49,836 nucleotides of DNA from Candidatus Anderseniibacteriota bacterium (GCA_035288905.1 DATDYZ010000063.1:1-49836); one strand, 5' to 3'. Shown: positions 9,188-18,347, counted from the stretch's first letter. Numbers and translations: made by a program. Notes: generated by a model from the letters alone, not told the origin.

Positions 9188-9955
9188 CTATGGAATATTA
9201 TTTGTAAGCATTCGGACAATTTTACTATGGAGTTCTGGTGGGGCGGCTATAATGCCAGGCAGGTCATATGCGATAATTCCATCCCATATAAACTTCGTAT
9301 TTGCAAAATTAGTCACTTTCCATCCGGCTTCTGAAAAAAGCAGTGCAGGTACAACAAAATCCCATACAGCACCTGCATTGCACGCATATGCACGGTAGTT
9401 TCCTTGCAGTGTATTCATTGTTGCGCCAATAGCGCTATGATTTGTTTTGCTCAGTCCTAAAGGTTGCAGTCTTGAGTGGAGTTCCGTATTAGCGCCGAAC
9501 GGTTTTTCTGAAGATGCAACTTTATTACTAAGAAGTATTTTTTGATCATTAAGATACGTACCTCCTCCAAGTGTTGCCGTTGCAAGTTGTTTTGCAACCG
9601 GATCAAACCCAACCACCAATTCAGGAATAGTTCCTTTGCAACGAGCAATAAAAACACCAAAACTATTTTTGTTATTCGCGAAGTTTTTTGTGCCATCTAA
9701 GGGGTCAATGATCCACGTGTATTTAGCACCAAGTTTTGCGTGCTCACCAGACTCTTCCGCGACTATTGCATCTTGAGGAAAGTGCTTTTGAATTTCACCT
9801 ATAATAAATGCTTCGGAAGCATGGTCAGCTTCTGTAGAATAGTCAGCTTCGTCGCTTTTGATGTTTCGCGTTAGTTCTTTACCGTAGTGATTTAAAAGAA
9901 TCTGACCTGCATCTTTTGCAATACTTATAGCAAAATCCAGTGTGTTTTTACTCAT
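9188..9955 (-). CDS. suhB: Inositol monophosphatase family protein
   Basis: WIIDPLDGTKNF motif and EE..G metal-site context. TACAGT lies 6 nt upstream of the ATG, with no SD. Confidence 0.9.
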   Translation of the reverse strand: MSKNTLDFAISIAKDAGQILLNHYGKELTRNIKSDEADYSTEADHASEAFIIGEIQKHFPQDAIVAEESGEHAKLGAKYTWIIDPLDGTKNFANNKNSFGVFIARCKGTIPELVVGFDPVAKQLATATLGGGTYLNDQKILLSNKVASSEKPFGANTELHSRLQPLGLSKTNHSAIGATMNTLQGNYRAYACNAGAVWDFVVPALLFSEAGWKVTNFANTKFIWDGIIAYDLPGIIAAPPELHSKIVRMLTNNIP

Positions 9956-9980
9956 TGCTATACTGTAGCATCGCTAGAAA

Positions 9981-10000
9981 CAAACACCAGAAACGTTTTG
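9981..10000 (-). repeat. Copy of the 5'-proximal motif CAAAACGTTTCTGGTGTTTG, upstream of suhB
   Basis: Near-identical to 30188..30206 (+). Related to 22521..22536 (-). Confidence 0.7.
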
Positions 10001-10013
10001 AATAACTTTTGGC

Positions 10014-10047
10014 AAAGAAAAACACCCTTGCGTTTTAGCAAGGGTGC
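10014..10047 (-). terminator. Rho-independent terminator after 10082..10579
   Basis: Minus strand reads CACCCTTGC-TAAAAC-GCAAGGGTG followed by TTTTTCTTT. Confidence 0.7.
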
Positions 10048-10081
10048 GCGAGAGATTGAGCTAAACAAAGAGCTTCACACA

Positions 10082-10579
10082 TTACGCCATCGGTGCGCCG
10101 GCGGCGATCGAATCCAGTTCATCACAAATCTTCTGCATGATCTGGTCTGGAGATAACCCTTGCCTCAAGGCCAAAGAGGCAACTTCATTACAGTTTGCTG
10201 CAGAGATCTTGGGCGCTTTCTCCTTATCATTTCGTGAATAAGCAACCCACATTCCCATCGGTTCAATTGATTTGCGAAGGCCTTGCCCATCGATGAAGTA
10301 AACAACGCCGTAACCGCCGCCTGGGTTTTCTTCACATATACGAACGGATTTGCGGCTAGCGGCAAGAAGCGCTTGAGCTGTTTTGCCCTCCTCGCTTGCC
10401 AAAAAAACACTGAGCGTACTGGATGTTTGGATGAAATCGTGGTTGTGTTTTTGGCGCTTGGCTGCATTAGCAGAGTGCTCTTGTTGCTGTTGCTGGCGAG
10501 CCAAGAGATCCTTGGTTGCTTTTTTGCTCTCATGAGCATCATACGATTCAGCTGCTTTTTGCCATAGGTCTTTCTTCAT
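10082..10579 (-). CDS. Hypothetical protein (Gln-rich N-terminus, globular C-terminus)
   Basis: The ORF is open to 10630, but the ATG at 10579 has a GAAGGA RBS 8 nt upstream. Lies in a G+C-richer patch. Confidence 0.65.
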   Translation of the reverse strand: MKKDLWQKAAESYDAHESKKATKDLLARQQQQQEHSANAAKRQKHNHDFIQTSSTLSVFLASEEGKTAQALLAASRKSVRICEENPGGGYGVVYFIDGQGLRKSIEPMGMWVAYSRNDKEKAPKISAANCNEVASLALRQGLSPDQIMQKICDELDSIAAGAPMA

Positions 10580-10678
10580 CGCTTGTTCCTTCTTTTGTAG
10601 AGTGCTTTCTGGACTGGGTAGATAGGACATTCCGAACTAAAATATGTATCATATACTGGTAGACTTGTCAAGAAAAAA

Positions 10679-10706
10679 CTTGACACGGCATAGTAGTCTG
10701 TTATAT
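10679..10706 (+). promoter_or_regulatory. Promoter TTGACA-N16-TATATT for the zinc-ribbon gene; a mirror TTGACA on the minus strand (10665-10670) faces 10082..10579
   Basis: Hexamers at 10679-10684 and 10701-10706. The divergent -35 boxes are 8 nt apart. Confidence 0.5.
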
Positions 10707-10756
10707 TGGCATCTCCTGTTCTTTTCATCCTCAATATCTCTAGAAAGAGTGCCGAT

Positions 10757-11827
10757 ATGGGTACGATTCGAGAAGGTCGATGGCGTTGCCCCAGTTGTGA
10801 TAACGAAAATCGTGGTTCAGACACAACGTGCAATAGTTGTGGCCAGCCTCGTGGCAAAAAGGTGGTTTTTTATTTGCCTGAGAACGAACCTGCAGTTACT
10901 GATTCAGTAAAACTGGCGGAAGCGCGCGCTGGAAAAAATTGGTCCTGTAGCTACTGCCAATCAGACAACGTCGCTTCTTCTCCTACTTGCTCGCAATGCG
11001 GCAACGGACGGTCAGGAGGAGATACGGATCGTCTGAAAACTGACATTCTTCTGTCTGCCCCATCAATACCTCAAGTGCGTGAGACAATACTCATCTCTCC
11101 TCGCTTGATTGGCATTTGCGCAGGTATTCTCTTGTTTTCAGGTATGTTGTTATGGTGGCTACTAACGCCACAGTCGATCAACGTACAGTTGGCTTTCGTA
11201 AGCTGGGAACGCAGTATTGCCACTGAGGATTATAAAACAGTGCGTGAGGAAGATTGGAGTGTTCCAGTGGGCGGGCGAACGGTTTCTCAAGTGAGCGCCC
11301 TTCATCACTATGACCAGGTGTTAGTTGGCTATGAAACCAGAACAAGAGAGGTTTCGGAGCAGGTACAAGTTGGTACCGAAGAAGTTGTGACTGGTCAAAG
11401 GGATATGGGCAATGGATATTTCGAAGAAATGACTTCGAGTAGCCCAGTCTACGAGACGCAGTATCGGACCGAAACGTATGAAGAGCCAGTGTATATAGAA
11501 GAGCCAGTCTACAAGACTAAATATACTTACGACATCGATCGCTGGGTTACAGGAATATCTCTTACCAGCTCGGGTCAGAATGATAAACCGCAGTGGTCTG
11601 ACTTTAAGCCCACCTCTATCCGACGCGAAGTGAAAAGAGAGGGGAAATATCATGCTACTTTTCAGCCCTTAGAGGAAAATACTAAGCCCATTCTGTATAC
11701 AATCACCGATGAGAAGAAGTGGCGGCAGTATCAGAAAGGAGGTGTATACGTATTATTTCGAAATCGCCTGGGGATCATTTCCCGAGTCGAGCCGCTACAA
11801 AAGGAAACAAGGCCAGCAGCCCGATAA
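10757..11827 (+). CDS. Double RanBP2-type zinc-ribbon protein with a central TM helix and an extracytoplasmic C-terminal domain
   Basis: WRCPSCDNENRGSDTTCNSCG and WSCSYCQSDNVASSPTCSQCG, then the hydrophobic segment LIGICAGILLFSGMLLWWLL. The ORF-track start at 10706 is a TTG inside the promoter. Confidence 0.8.
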   Translation: MGTIREGRWRCPSCDNENRGSDTTCNSCGQPRGKKVVFYLPENEPAVTDSVKLAEARAGKNWSCSYCQSDNVASSPTCSQCGNGRSGGDTDRLKTDILLSAPSIPQVRETILISPRLIGICAGILLFSGMLLWWLLTPQSINVQLAFVSWERSIATEDYKTVREEDWSVPVGGRTVSQVSALHHYDQVLVGYETRTREVSEQVQVGTEEVVTGQRDMGNGYFEEMTSSSPVYETQYRTETYEEPVYIEEPVYKTKYTYDIDRWVTGISLTSSGQNDKPQWSDFKPTSIRREVKREGKYHATFQPLEENTKPILYTITDEKKWRQYQKGGVYVLFRNRLGIISRVEPLQKETRPAAR

Positions 11828-11841
11828 TTGTTCAAAACACG

Positions 11842-11881
11842 AGCCCTGAGTTGTCATGACGACAAGCAGGGCTTTTTTTTG
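11842..11881 (+). terminator. Rho-independent terminator
   Basis: AGCCCTG...CAGGGCT followed by T8. Confidence 0.75.
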
Positions 11882-11974
11882 GCAAGAAAGAGGTTGTATG
11901 AGGTTGTATGAGAGTACCTGGTACCTTCAATTCCTCTGGAAACTTGTTCCATCCAAGTAATATTCATTCGATCT

Positions 11975-12010
11975 CGCCACGTACGGTTTACAAGTACGTG
12001 GCGTTTTTTT
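11975..12010 (+). terminator. Second strong intrinsic terminator about 95 nt after the first; may end a small RNA
   Basis: CGCCACGTAC-GGTTTACAA-GTACGTGGCG followed by T7. Confidence 0.6.
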
Positions 12011-12370
12011 AATTTTGCAGTGGCAGCAATGAAATTTGTGGAGTTCTGAAGTAGTAGGGGAAAAGAGGATTACGTAATATAAAAATCCCACGGCGAGCAG
12101 CGGCGGGATTGGGATTTCGTACATGTATTCTGCGAGTAGACCTGCTTCACCTTTTTCTTGCTTGCGGTACTTATGTTGCTTTTTCTTCGCCATCGGATGA
12201 TTCGCATTATAGCGCCTCATATAGTTTGGGTGTGAAAGAACGGTAGCGAAATCATACAGCAGAGGGTGATATAAAGATAGGGGATGTTTAATATTCGGAT
12301 TAGAATTTTTGTAAAAATAAACCGTCTTCTGCTTGCGCATAATGACGGTGCAATTGTTTTCAAAATCAAC

Positions 12371-12946
12371 TTATTCAGTATTTGCTTCGGAGCTATCTTT
12401 TGGGTCTTTTCCCACCATACGATATAATCGGTAAGAACCATTGTGCCAATGAGTGCCAGTCCCTTTTTTCTCGCTCTGCATAATTCTAAAGACTTGATTA
12501 CTTGCCTTCAGGGAGTGGTTAATTCTGCTCACAACCGTGCTACCGTACAAAGTCGTTTTTTTGCCATACATCCCTTTTCTACTGCCATACCCATTTTCTT
12601 TGGCGATATCTCGTATGTTCTCCTCGTTCACGGGTTCATTCTTGCCTTGCAAAAGGTGAGATACAACAGCTTGTTGCCACCTATCAGGTAAGGGAACAGT
12701 TTGAACTTTTTCTATCTCTGCGGATGTAAGTTGGCGGTCATAAAAGGTATATCCGCTAAGAGCAAAAGTACCTATTCCTTTGTCGATGGTCAGAGTTTTG
12801 CGCACCTTCCCTTTGCTAGGGAAAATTGATGCTTTTATTGAAATAGTTTCTCCTGGTTGTAGTTCCCCAGTAAGTGTGAGTTTATCAACAAGTGCAGATC
12901 GGAGAGCAGTTACAAGCTCAAGGATAATTTCTGACATAATCATCAC
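12371..12946 (-). CDS. Hypothetical protein; C-terminal half resembles 28687..29211
   Basis: Clean 191-aa ORF. The pattern LT..E.E...P....V...LL...I...GY...R.N..L....YR is shared with the 174-aa protein. Confidence 0.7.
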   Translation of the reverse strand: MMIMSEIILELVTALRSALVDKLTLTGELQPGETISIKASIFPSKGKVRKTLTIDKGIGTFALSGYTFYDRQLTSAEIEKVQTVPLPDRWQQAVVSHLLQGKNEPVNEENIRDIAKENGYGSRKGMYGKKTTLYGSTVVSRINHSLKASNQVFRIMQSEKKGTGTHWHNGSYRLYRMVGKDPKDSSEANTE

Positions 12947-13140
12947 CCCATAGTACCTGTGGCTGAAATTGGTTTATCAAAGAACGTGTAAGCATGTTTT
13001 AAAACTATTAGGATGTCAAGGGTTTGTTCGCTACGTTCACCGATGCATACACCCGACCCAACAACATGGGCGGCGCATTCCGCCCTACAACTTCGATAGT
13101 GCCTTTCGTACATCAGCTGGTAATGTATGGAGGGGCATAT

Positions 13141-13905
13141 TTATGATTTAAGGTTGTAGCCTATTTTTAACATATGCCAAACCACACCCAATGAAACGAG
13201 GGTAAGGGCGAAAACAATACTGAATGCAAGGGTTATTGATACATCTGAAATTCCGTAAAACCCATAGCGCATTCCGTTCATCATGTAAAAAACAGGGTTA
13301 AACACGGAGAGCATGCGCGCAATTGGCGGAAGCATTTCGGCTGAGTAGAAGATGCCCCCAAGAAAACTGAGCGGCATAATAATAAATGTGGGAATAATAG
13401 ACATTTGCTCAAAGTTTTTTGCCCATAGGCCTGCGATTAATCCAAAGCTCGAGAATGTTAGTGAAACGAGGGTTGTGAATATGAGAAGAAACAGCGGGTG
13501 ATCGATACGGACAGGAATAAACAATGCTCCTGTTAAGAAAATAAGCGCTCCTACAACACCGCTACGAACAAGCGATGCAAGCAAAAACCCGGCAGCAATT
13601 TCAGCATACGACATAGGGGATATGAGGAGGTCGTTTATTGTTTTGCCCACAATACGCTGAAACATAATTGCAAACCCTACCCCCTGGAACGCGGTGGTGA
13701 GAATATTCATCATCACAAGCCCGGGCATAATAAATGCAGGGTATGGAATGCCTTGAATGTCTCCTATGCGGCCACCAACGGCTTGCCCGAAAATAACAAA
13801 GTACATGAGTGCGCTTACAATTGGGGCACCAAGCGTTTGCATAGGGCCTGCTAATGAGCGCTTTATCTCTTTTATTGCTAATGTTTTTACTCCTATATAG
13901 TTCAT
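13141..13905 (-). CDS. ABC-2 type transporter permease
   Basis: Six predicted TM helices. 4-nt overlap with the upstream ATPase gene. Confidence 0.9.
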   Translation of the reverse strand: MNYIGVKTLAIKEIKRSLAGPMQTLGAPIVSALMYFVIFGQAVGGRIGDIQGIPYPAFIMPGLVMMNILTTAFQGVGFAIMFQRIVGKTINDLLISPMSYAEIAAGFLLASLVRSGVVGALIFLTGALFIPVRIDHPLFLLIFTTLVSLTFSSFGLIAGLWAKNFEQMSIIPTFIIMPLSFLGGIFYSAEMLPPIARMLSVFNPVFYMMNGMRYGFYGISDVSITLAFSIVFALTLVSLGVVWHMLKIGYNLKS

Positions 13906-14648
13906 ATATTTTTTTGCCTATCCTTTTCTAAAATTTCTGCATATATTGCATTCACATTTTTCCCCTTGTTGTTTTCGATGAGATTTTTCTTCGTATCTAG
14001 TAGTACTAATCGTCCGTTATTAATAATACCAATACGATCAGCCATTGCCTCCGCTTCTTCTAGGTAGTGAGTAGTTAATATAATTGTTTTCCCATGATCG
14101 CGAAGATGGCTTACCATGGTCCAAAGGTTTTCTCTCAGTTCCATATCAACCCCCGCAGTTGGTTCATCAAGAAATAAAATATCTGGGTCGTGTACCATGG
14201 CTTTCGCAATCATCGCTCGCCTCTTCATTCCTCCTGAAAGTGTAAATACTGACTGAGTTCGTTTATCCCACAGGGAAAGTTCTTTCAAGATTTTCTCTGC
14301 GCGTGCCTTGCCATCTTTTAGTCCATAGTAGCCTGCTTGCAACTGCACACTGTCAAAGACCGTGAGCCCAAATTCTAAGCTAATCTCTTGTTGTACAACG
14401 CCTATCTTTGAACGAGTAAATCGATAATCCTTATCAATATCTTTTCCGAGAACGCGCACCTCTCCGCTCGTACGCCTTGCAAGACCAGCAATGATGTTAA
14501 TTAACGTTGTTTTACCGGCACCATTTGGCCCAAGTAATGCCAAAATTTCTCCCTTATAGATAGCAAGGGAAATGCCTTTTAACGCTGCAAAGCCACCCTT
14601 ATATGTTTTGAATAACCTGGTAATTTCGACAGCGTTTTCTTGTTCCAT
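13902..14648 (-). CDS. ABC transporter ATP-binding protein
   Basis: Walker A GPNGAGKTT, signature LSGGMKRR, Walker B ILFLDEPT. Confidence 0.95.
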   Translation of the reverse strand: MEQENAVEITRLFKTYKGGFAALKGISLAIYKGEILALLGPNGAGKTTLINIIAGLARRTSGEVRVLGKDIDKDYRFTRSKIGVVQQEISLEFGLTVFDSVQLQAGYYGLKDGKARAEKILKELSLWDKRTQSVFTLSGGMKRRAMIAKAMVHDPDILFLDEPTAGVDMELRENLWTMVSHLRDHGKTIILTTHYLEEAEAMADRIGIINNGRLVLLDTKKNLIENNKGKNVNAIYAEILEKDRQKNI

Positions 14649-14715
14649 GAGGAGTCAGTGTACAGGATTATCTCCTTAAAGTCATCGATGCAGGGTACTG
14701 TTATTCAACTTCTTT

Positions 14716-15507
14716 TTATTTCAGGAATATGTATTCGTTGCTGCCGGACTCCGACGGGAAGTAAATCGTCTCTGGGTCGTATTCCGGCCCAGCTGGCGCT
14801 TGAGGCAGTATCGCACAGTCGTGAATGTCGCGGTACTCCTCGGTAATAGTCAGGCTTTCGGGCGTAATGCCATACCTGGCATACTCCGCCAGAACTGACG
14901 GCGTCATGTGGCTGAACACTTGATCACCGGCCGGTTGGTGGAGGGGGCGCGTAAATTTCATCCCGATATCAAAATTGTCGGTTGCCCGTTCGGGACCGCG
15001 CGCCAGGTTCGCATAACCAATTTTTTGCCCGGCGCTCACAGGCGACCCCTTACGTAGGGAAGGATCAAGATTAATATGGAAAAACACAAACTGCCATTGC
15101 CTGGGGTTTGCGGGATTATTACTCTCGGCCGTCAGCCAAATCTGCTGGTCGCCCGGGGCCCCGCGATCATTATCTATGAGGGAAATTTCGCCTTTGAACG
15201 GGGCAAACACGGAGACCTTGTCTGTCGTACCGCGAAATTCCGTTTTTGCTTTCACGTAGTGCTTCATCGAGCGCGGAGTTTTTTCGAACACGCCGGTGGT
15301 TACCATCGGATGGCGATAGTCATGACCGGCGCAGCTGCGGTATTGAGAAAAAGCCGCAATCTGCGACAGATCGACAGGGTTAGCCGTAATAAACTTCTTG
15401 GCAATCTCTTTATCTGCCGGCAAATAGGAAAATCCAACCGCCATTGCCGCAAAGATAAGCACTATAACTGCAACGATGGCCAAAGGTACTTTACCCCACA
15501 GGTTCAT
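14716..15507 (-). CDS. Secreted/anchored M23/LytM-like family protein, member 3
   Basis: Signal-anchor. FAPFKGEISLI...FVFFHINLDPSLRKGSPVSAGQKIGYA. G+C-richer by eye. Confidence 0.8.
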   Translation of the reverse strand: MNLWGKVPLAIVAVIVLIFAAMAVGFSYLPADKEIAKKFITANPVDLSQIAAFSQYRSCAGHDYRHPMVTTGVFEKTPRSMKHYVKAKTEFRGTTDKVSVFAPFKGEISLIDNDRGAPGDQQIWLTAESNNPANPRQWQFVFFHINLDPSLRKGSPVSAGQKIGYANLARGPERATDNFDIGMKFTRPLHQPAGDQVFSHMTPSVLAEYARYGITPESLTITEEYRDIHDCAILPQAPAGPEYDPETIYFPSESGSNEYIFLK

Positions 15508-15632
15508 AGCACTATGATATCACAAAAATCTTACATCTATAAGGTATCGTCCATTTCGATTTCCCCATTCTTTTAACTGTACCGTGCAGCAGAAATATTG
15601 TCTCGGCCACCAAAAAAGTACATAATACGAAC

Positions 15633-15980
15633 ATGTCACCTAACGCAGGTTGGCCTTCTCCTGCCGAAGAAGAGCTATTAGATACCATTTCATTTGATGA
15701 ATGGCTCATTGAATCTTCTACTTTTATGGTAAAAATACAGAACGATGCTATGCAGAACGCTGGAATATTCAGCGATGATATTGTTATTTTCCGACGAGGG
15801 CAGAAACCAAAATCCGGTGATATTGTCATTGCGGACGTAGATGGGGAGTGGATGATGCGGTATTACCAGATAGAAGATGGGCGACCCGTGCTGTATCCAG
15901 CAAACGGGCACTATGAAGCGGTGCGGCCCGAAGAGCTGATCGTCATTGGGGTTATTCGTTCTGTAATTCGCAAATACTAA
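15633..15980 (+). CDS. UmuD'-like S24 (LexA/UmuD) fold protein that lacks the N-terminal arm and both catalytic residues
   Basis: AGWPSPAEE aligns with the UmuD cleavage region CGFPSPAAD. NDAM replaces GDSM (Ser to Ala39) and WMMRYY replaces FTVKKL (Lys to Arg76). TAATG overlap with the polymerase gene. Confidence 0.85.
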   Translation: MSPNAGWPSPAEEELLDTISFDEWLIESSTFMVKIQNDAMQNAGIFSDDIVIFRRGQKPKSGDIVIADVDGEWMMRYYQIEDGRPVLYPANGHYEAVRPEELIVIGVIRSVIRKY

Positions 15981-17248
15981 TGTTACTTCACGTAGACGGG
16001 GATTCATTCTTCGCATCCATAGAACAAAGTGTGAAGCCTTATTTAAAAGGTAAGCCAGTAGTTACTGGCAAAGAACGCAATATTGTTGCCGCTGCTTCTA
16101 TTGAAGCAAAGAAGCGAGGCGTAACCCGAGGTGTTACATTGTGGGACGCAAAAAAGATGGTTCCTGATCTTGTAGTTCTTCCCACTGATTACGAAACCGT
16201 AAGTCTTTTTTCAAAACGTATGTACGATATTGTTCGTAGGTATACTCCCGTTGTAGAAGAGTATAGTGTAGACGAAGCGTTTGCAGACTTGTCCGGACTT
16301 CGGAGATACTTTCACTCTTCATATAAAGCAATTGCTGCAAAGATACAAAACGATATTCATGCAGAACTTGGAATCACTGTTACGCTCGGCATTGCTCCAA
16401 CAAAAACGCTGTGCAAAATAGCAACAGATAAAGGAAAACCGGCGGGACTAGTATTCATTCATCGGTCAAAAATAGATGAAGCTTTACTAGACGTAGATAT
16501 TGAAGATGTATGGAATATTGGGCCTGCAACGTCTGCATTGCTCAGAAAGTATGGAATACGTACGGCGTTGCAATTTAAGCAAAAGCCGGAAGAATATATA
16601 CGAAAACTTCTCACCAAGCCCGGAATACACACATGGCAAGAACTCAACGGAATTCAGGCGATAGAATTTGCAGAAGAAAAGACGAGCTACAAGTCTATCG
16701 GGAAAAGTAAAACATTTACCCCACCGTCTAACGACAAAGAATTTGTATTTGCACAGCTGATAAAGAACATTGAGAATGCATGTATGAAAGCAAGGCGGTA
16801 TCACCAAGGCGCAAAAAATATCACAATATATCTTCGTACAAAAGAGTTTCGCGGTCTTGGAATAGAGGGGGCTGTTGAGCGGGTTACTGCATACCCAAAT
16901 GAGTTGATAGATGCAGTGCGAACAATGTTTGAGCATATATGGAAGCCCGGGTACTATCGGGCGACAGGAGTGTTTTTATCCAACCTGCAACCACTCAACC
17001 CCATACAGCCAACGTTGTTTGAGAATCCTGCAAAACTTATTCGATATACAAAACTATACGGTGCTATTGATGAATTACGTGAACATTACGGTAAACATGC
17101 AGTACACTTAGGCACTTCTCTGCATGCACAAAAAATACAACATCTGTATTCTCGGGGAGATATTCCCGTCAGGCGGGAAACGTTAGTAAAGGGGGAGACG
17201 AAACGAAAACGACTCCCCATTCCAATGCTTCAAGTACGGTTACGGTAG
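15980..17248 (+). CDS. Y-family DNA polymerase (UmuC/DinB-like)
   Basis: N-terminus MLLHVDGDSFFASIEQ, ...SVDEAFADL, little-finger region. Coupled to the UmuD-like gene. Confidence 0.92.
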   Translation: MLLHVDGDSFFASIEQSVKPYLKGKPVVTGKERNIVAAASIEAKKRGVTRGVTLWDAKKMVPDLVVLPTDYETVSLFSKRMYDIVRRYTPVVEEYSVDEAFADLSGLRRYFHSSYKAIAAKIQNDIHAELGITVTLGIAPTKTLCKIATDKGKPAGLVFIHRSKIDEALLDVDIEDVWNIGPATSALLRKYGIRTALQFKQKPEEYIRKLLTKPGIHTWQELNGIQAIEFAEEKTSYKSIGKSKTFTPPSNDKEFVFAQLIKNIENACMKARRYHQGAKNITIYLRTKEFRGLGIEGAVERVTAYPNELIDAVRTMFEHIWKPGYYRATGVFLSNLQPLNPIQPTLFENPAKLIRYTKLYGAIDELREHYGKHAVHLGTSLHAQKIQHLYSRGDIPVRRETLVKGETKRKRLPIPMLQVRLR

Positions 17249-17286
17249 GTGTGTTTTGAATTCTTTGTAGGTGTTAAAATGAAGGT

Positions 17287-17889
17287 ATGAGAAAAATAGT
17301 TGTTTTTATGATGGTTACTCTCGATGGGGTGATGCAGGCACCTGGTGGTCCAGAAGAGGATACTTCGGGAGATTTTACATACGGTGGCTGGACGGCTCCG
17401 TATGCGGATGAATCTTTTGGCGAAATACTTAATAAAGAATTGAGCGTGCCATTTGATTTGCTGCTTGGGAGGAAGACGTATGAAATATGGAATGCATATT
17501 GGCCGAAGCAAGCAGGTCCCATTGCTGACCCGTTCAACAAAGCTAAAAAGTATGTGGTATCGGATGAAATTATAGATGTTCCGTGGAAGGAATCTATTCT
17601 TATCCATGACGATGTAGTAAATACCATCAAAGAATTAAAAGCAGAAGATGGCCCCGTATTTCATGTGTGGGGCAGTAGTGTGCTCATACAAACACTTTTG
17701 CAAAATGATTTGGTGGATGAGTTGCGCCTGCGAATATATCCCATTACGCTCGGCACGGGAAAGCGATTATTCGGAGAGGGAACAATCCCGGCTGCGTTTA
17801 CGCTGACGGATTCTCAGGCGTTACCAAGTGGCGTTATTCTCGCGAACTACAAAAGATCCGGAGAAGTTATAACAGGCTCGGTGGGTTGA
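17287..17889 (+). CDS. Dihydrofolate reductase family protein (RibD C-terminal domain type)
   Basis: MRKIVVFMMVTLDGVMQAPGGPEED...GRKTYE... Confidence 0.85.
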   Translation: MRKIVVFMMVTLDGVMQAPGGPEEDTSGDFTYGGWTAPYADESFGEILNKELSVPFDLLLGRKTYEIWNAYWPKQAGPIADPFNKAKKYVVSDEIIDVPWKESILIHDDVVNTIKELKAEDGPVFHVWGSSVLIQTLLQNDLVDELRLRIYPITLGTGKRLFGEGTIPAAFTLTDSQALPSGVILANYKRSGEVITGSVG

Positions 17890-17894
17890 ACGAT

Positions 17895-18347
17895 TTAGGC
17901 AAAAAAGGTTGCTATACATGCAATGAGCAGAACTGATACGAGGTTGGAAAAGATATCTGAAAAGAATTTTTTCCATGCAATAGTCGGATCGCAATTGCTC
18001 CATAGTATTCCCTGACCGATTATCGGCACCATAAAAGCAAGCCAATTAAATGCTATAAACCCAATTGCCATCCATGTTGGTACATTATTTTGGATACTAA
18101 GCGTTACAATAAATACTGTTGCAAAGGATGTAAGAAGTGAAAGTCCAATTTGCCCGGCATATATTTTCGGCATCATTGGCATCGCTTCTTTCATCTTCTT
18201 TTCCTTTTCTTCTTTCGATAGCTTATCAAACCCTAGATATTGCATGTGGATTTTCCCCATGGGAGTTGCATTTGAATACCACAATGTGCCAACAACGGCA
18301 TACAACACTGCCCCGACAATAGAAAGAATAAGAATAGTAAGCACCAT
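17895..18347 (-). CDS. DUF1761 family membrane protein
   Basis: GTLWYS...PMGK..M pattern and four hydrophobic helices. Confidence 0.7.
   Translation of the reverse strand: MVLTILILSIVGAVLYAVVGTLWYSNATPMGKIHMQYLGFDKLSKEEKEKKMKEAMPMMPKIYAGQIGLSLLTSFATVFIVTLSIQNNVPTWMAIGFIAFNWLAFMVPIIGQGILWSNCDPTIAWKKFFSDIFSNLVSVLLIACIATFFA

Noticed and set aside
11927-12340. 137-aa minus-strand ORF
   Set aside because: It has no RBS or -10 context. The C-terminus is Cys/His/Lys-rich nonsense-like sequence that would run through a strong plus-strand terminator hairpin. I kept it only as a low-probability possibility and did not list it as a feature.
13051-13090. GC-rich hairpin GGGCGG-CGCATT-CCGCCC downstream of the ABC permease, considered as a terminator
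   Set aside because: There is no adequate U-tract on either strand, so I did not annotate it.
16487-16936. 149-aa ORF antisense to the Y-family polymerase gene (and 42018..42563, antisense to ntpE/ntpC)
   Set aside because: These are shadow ORFs within strongly supported genes, with Cys/Phe/Leu-rich composition.
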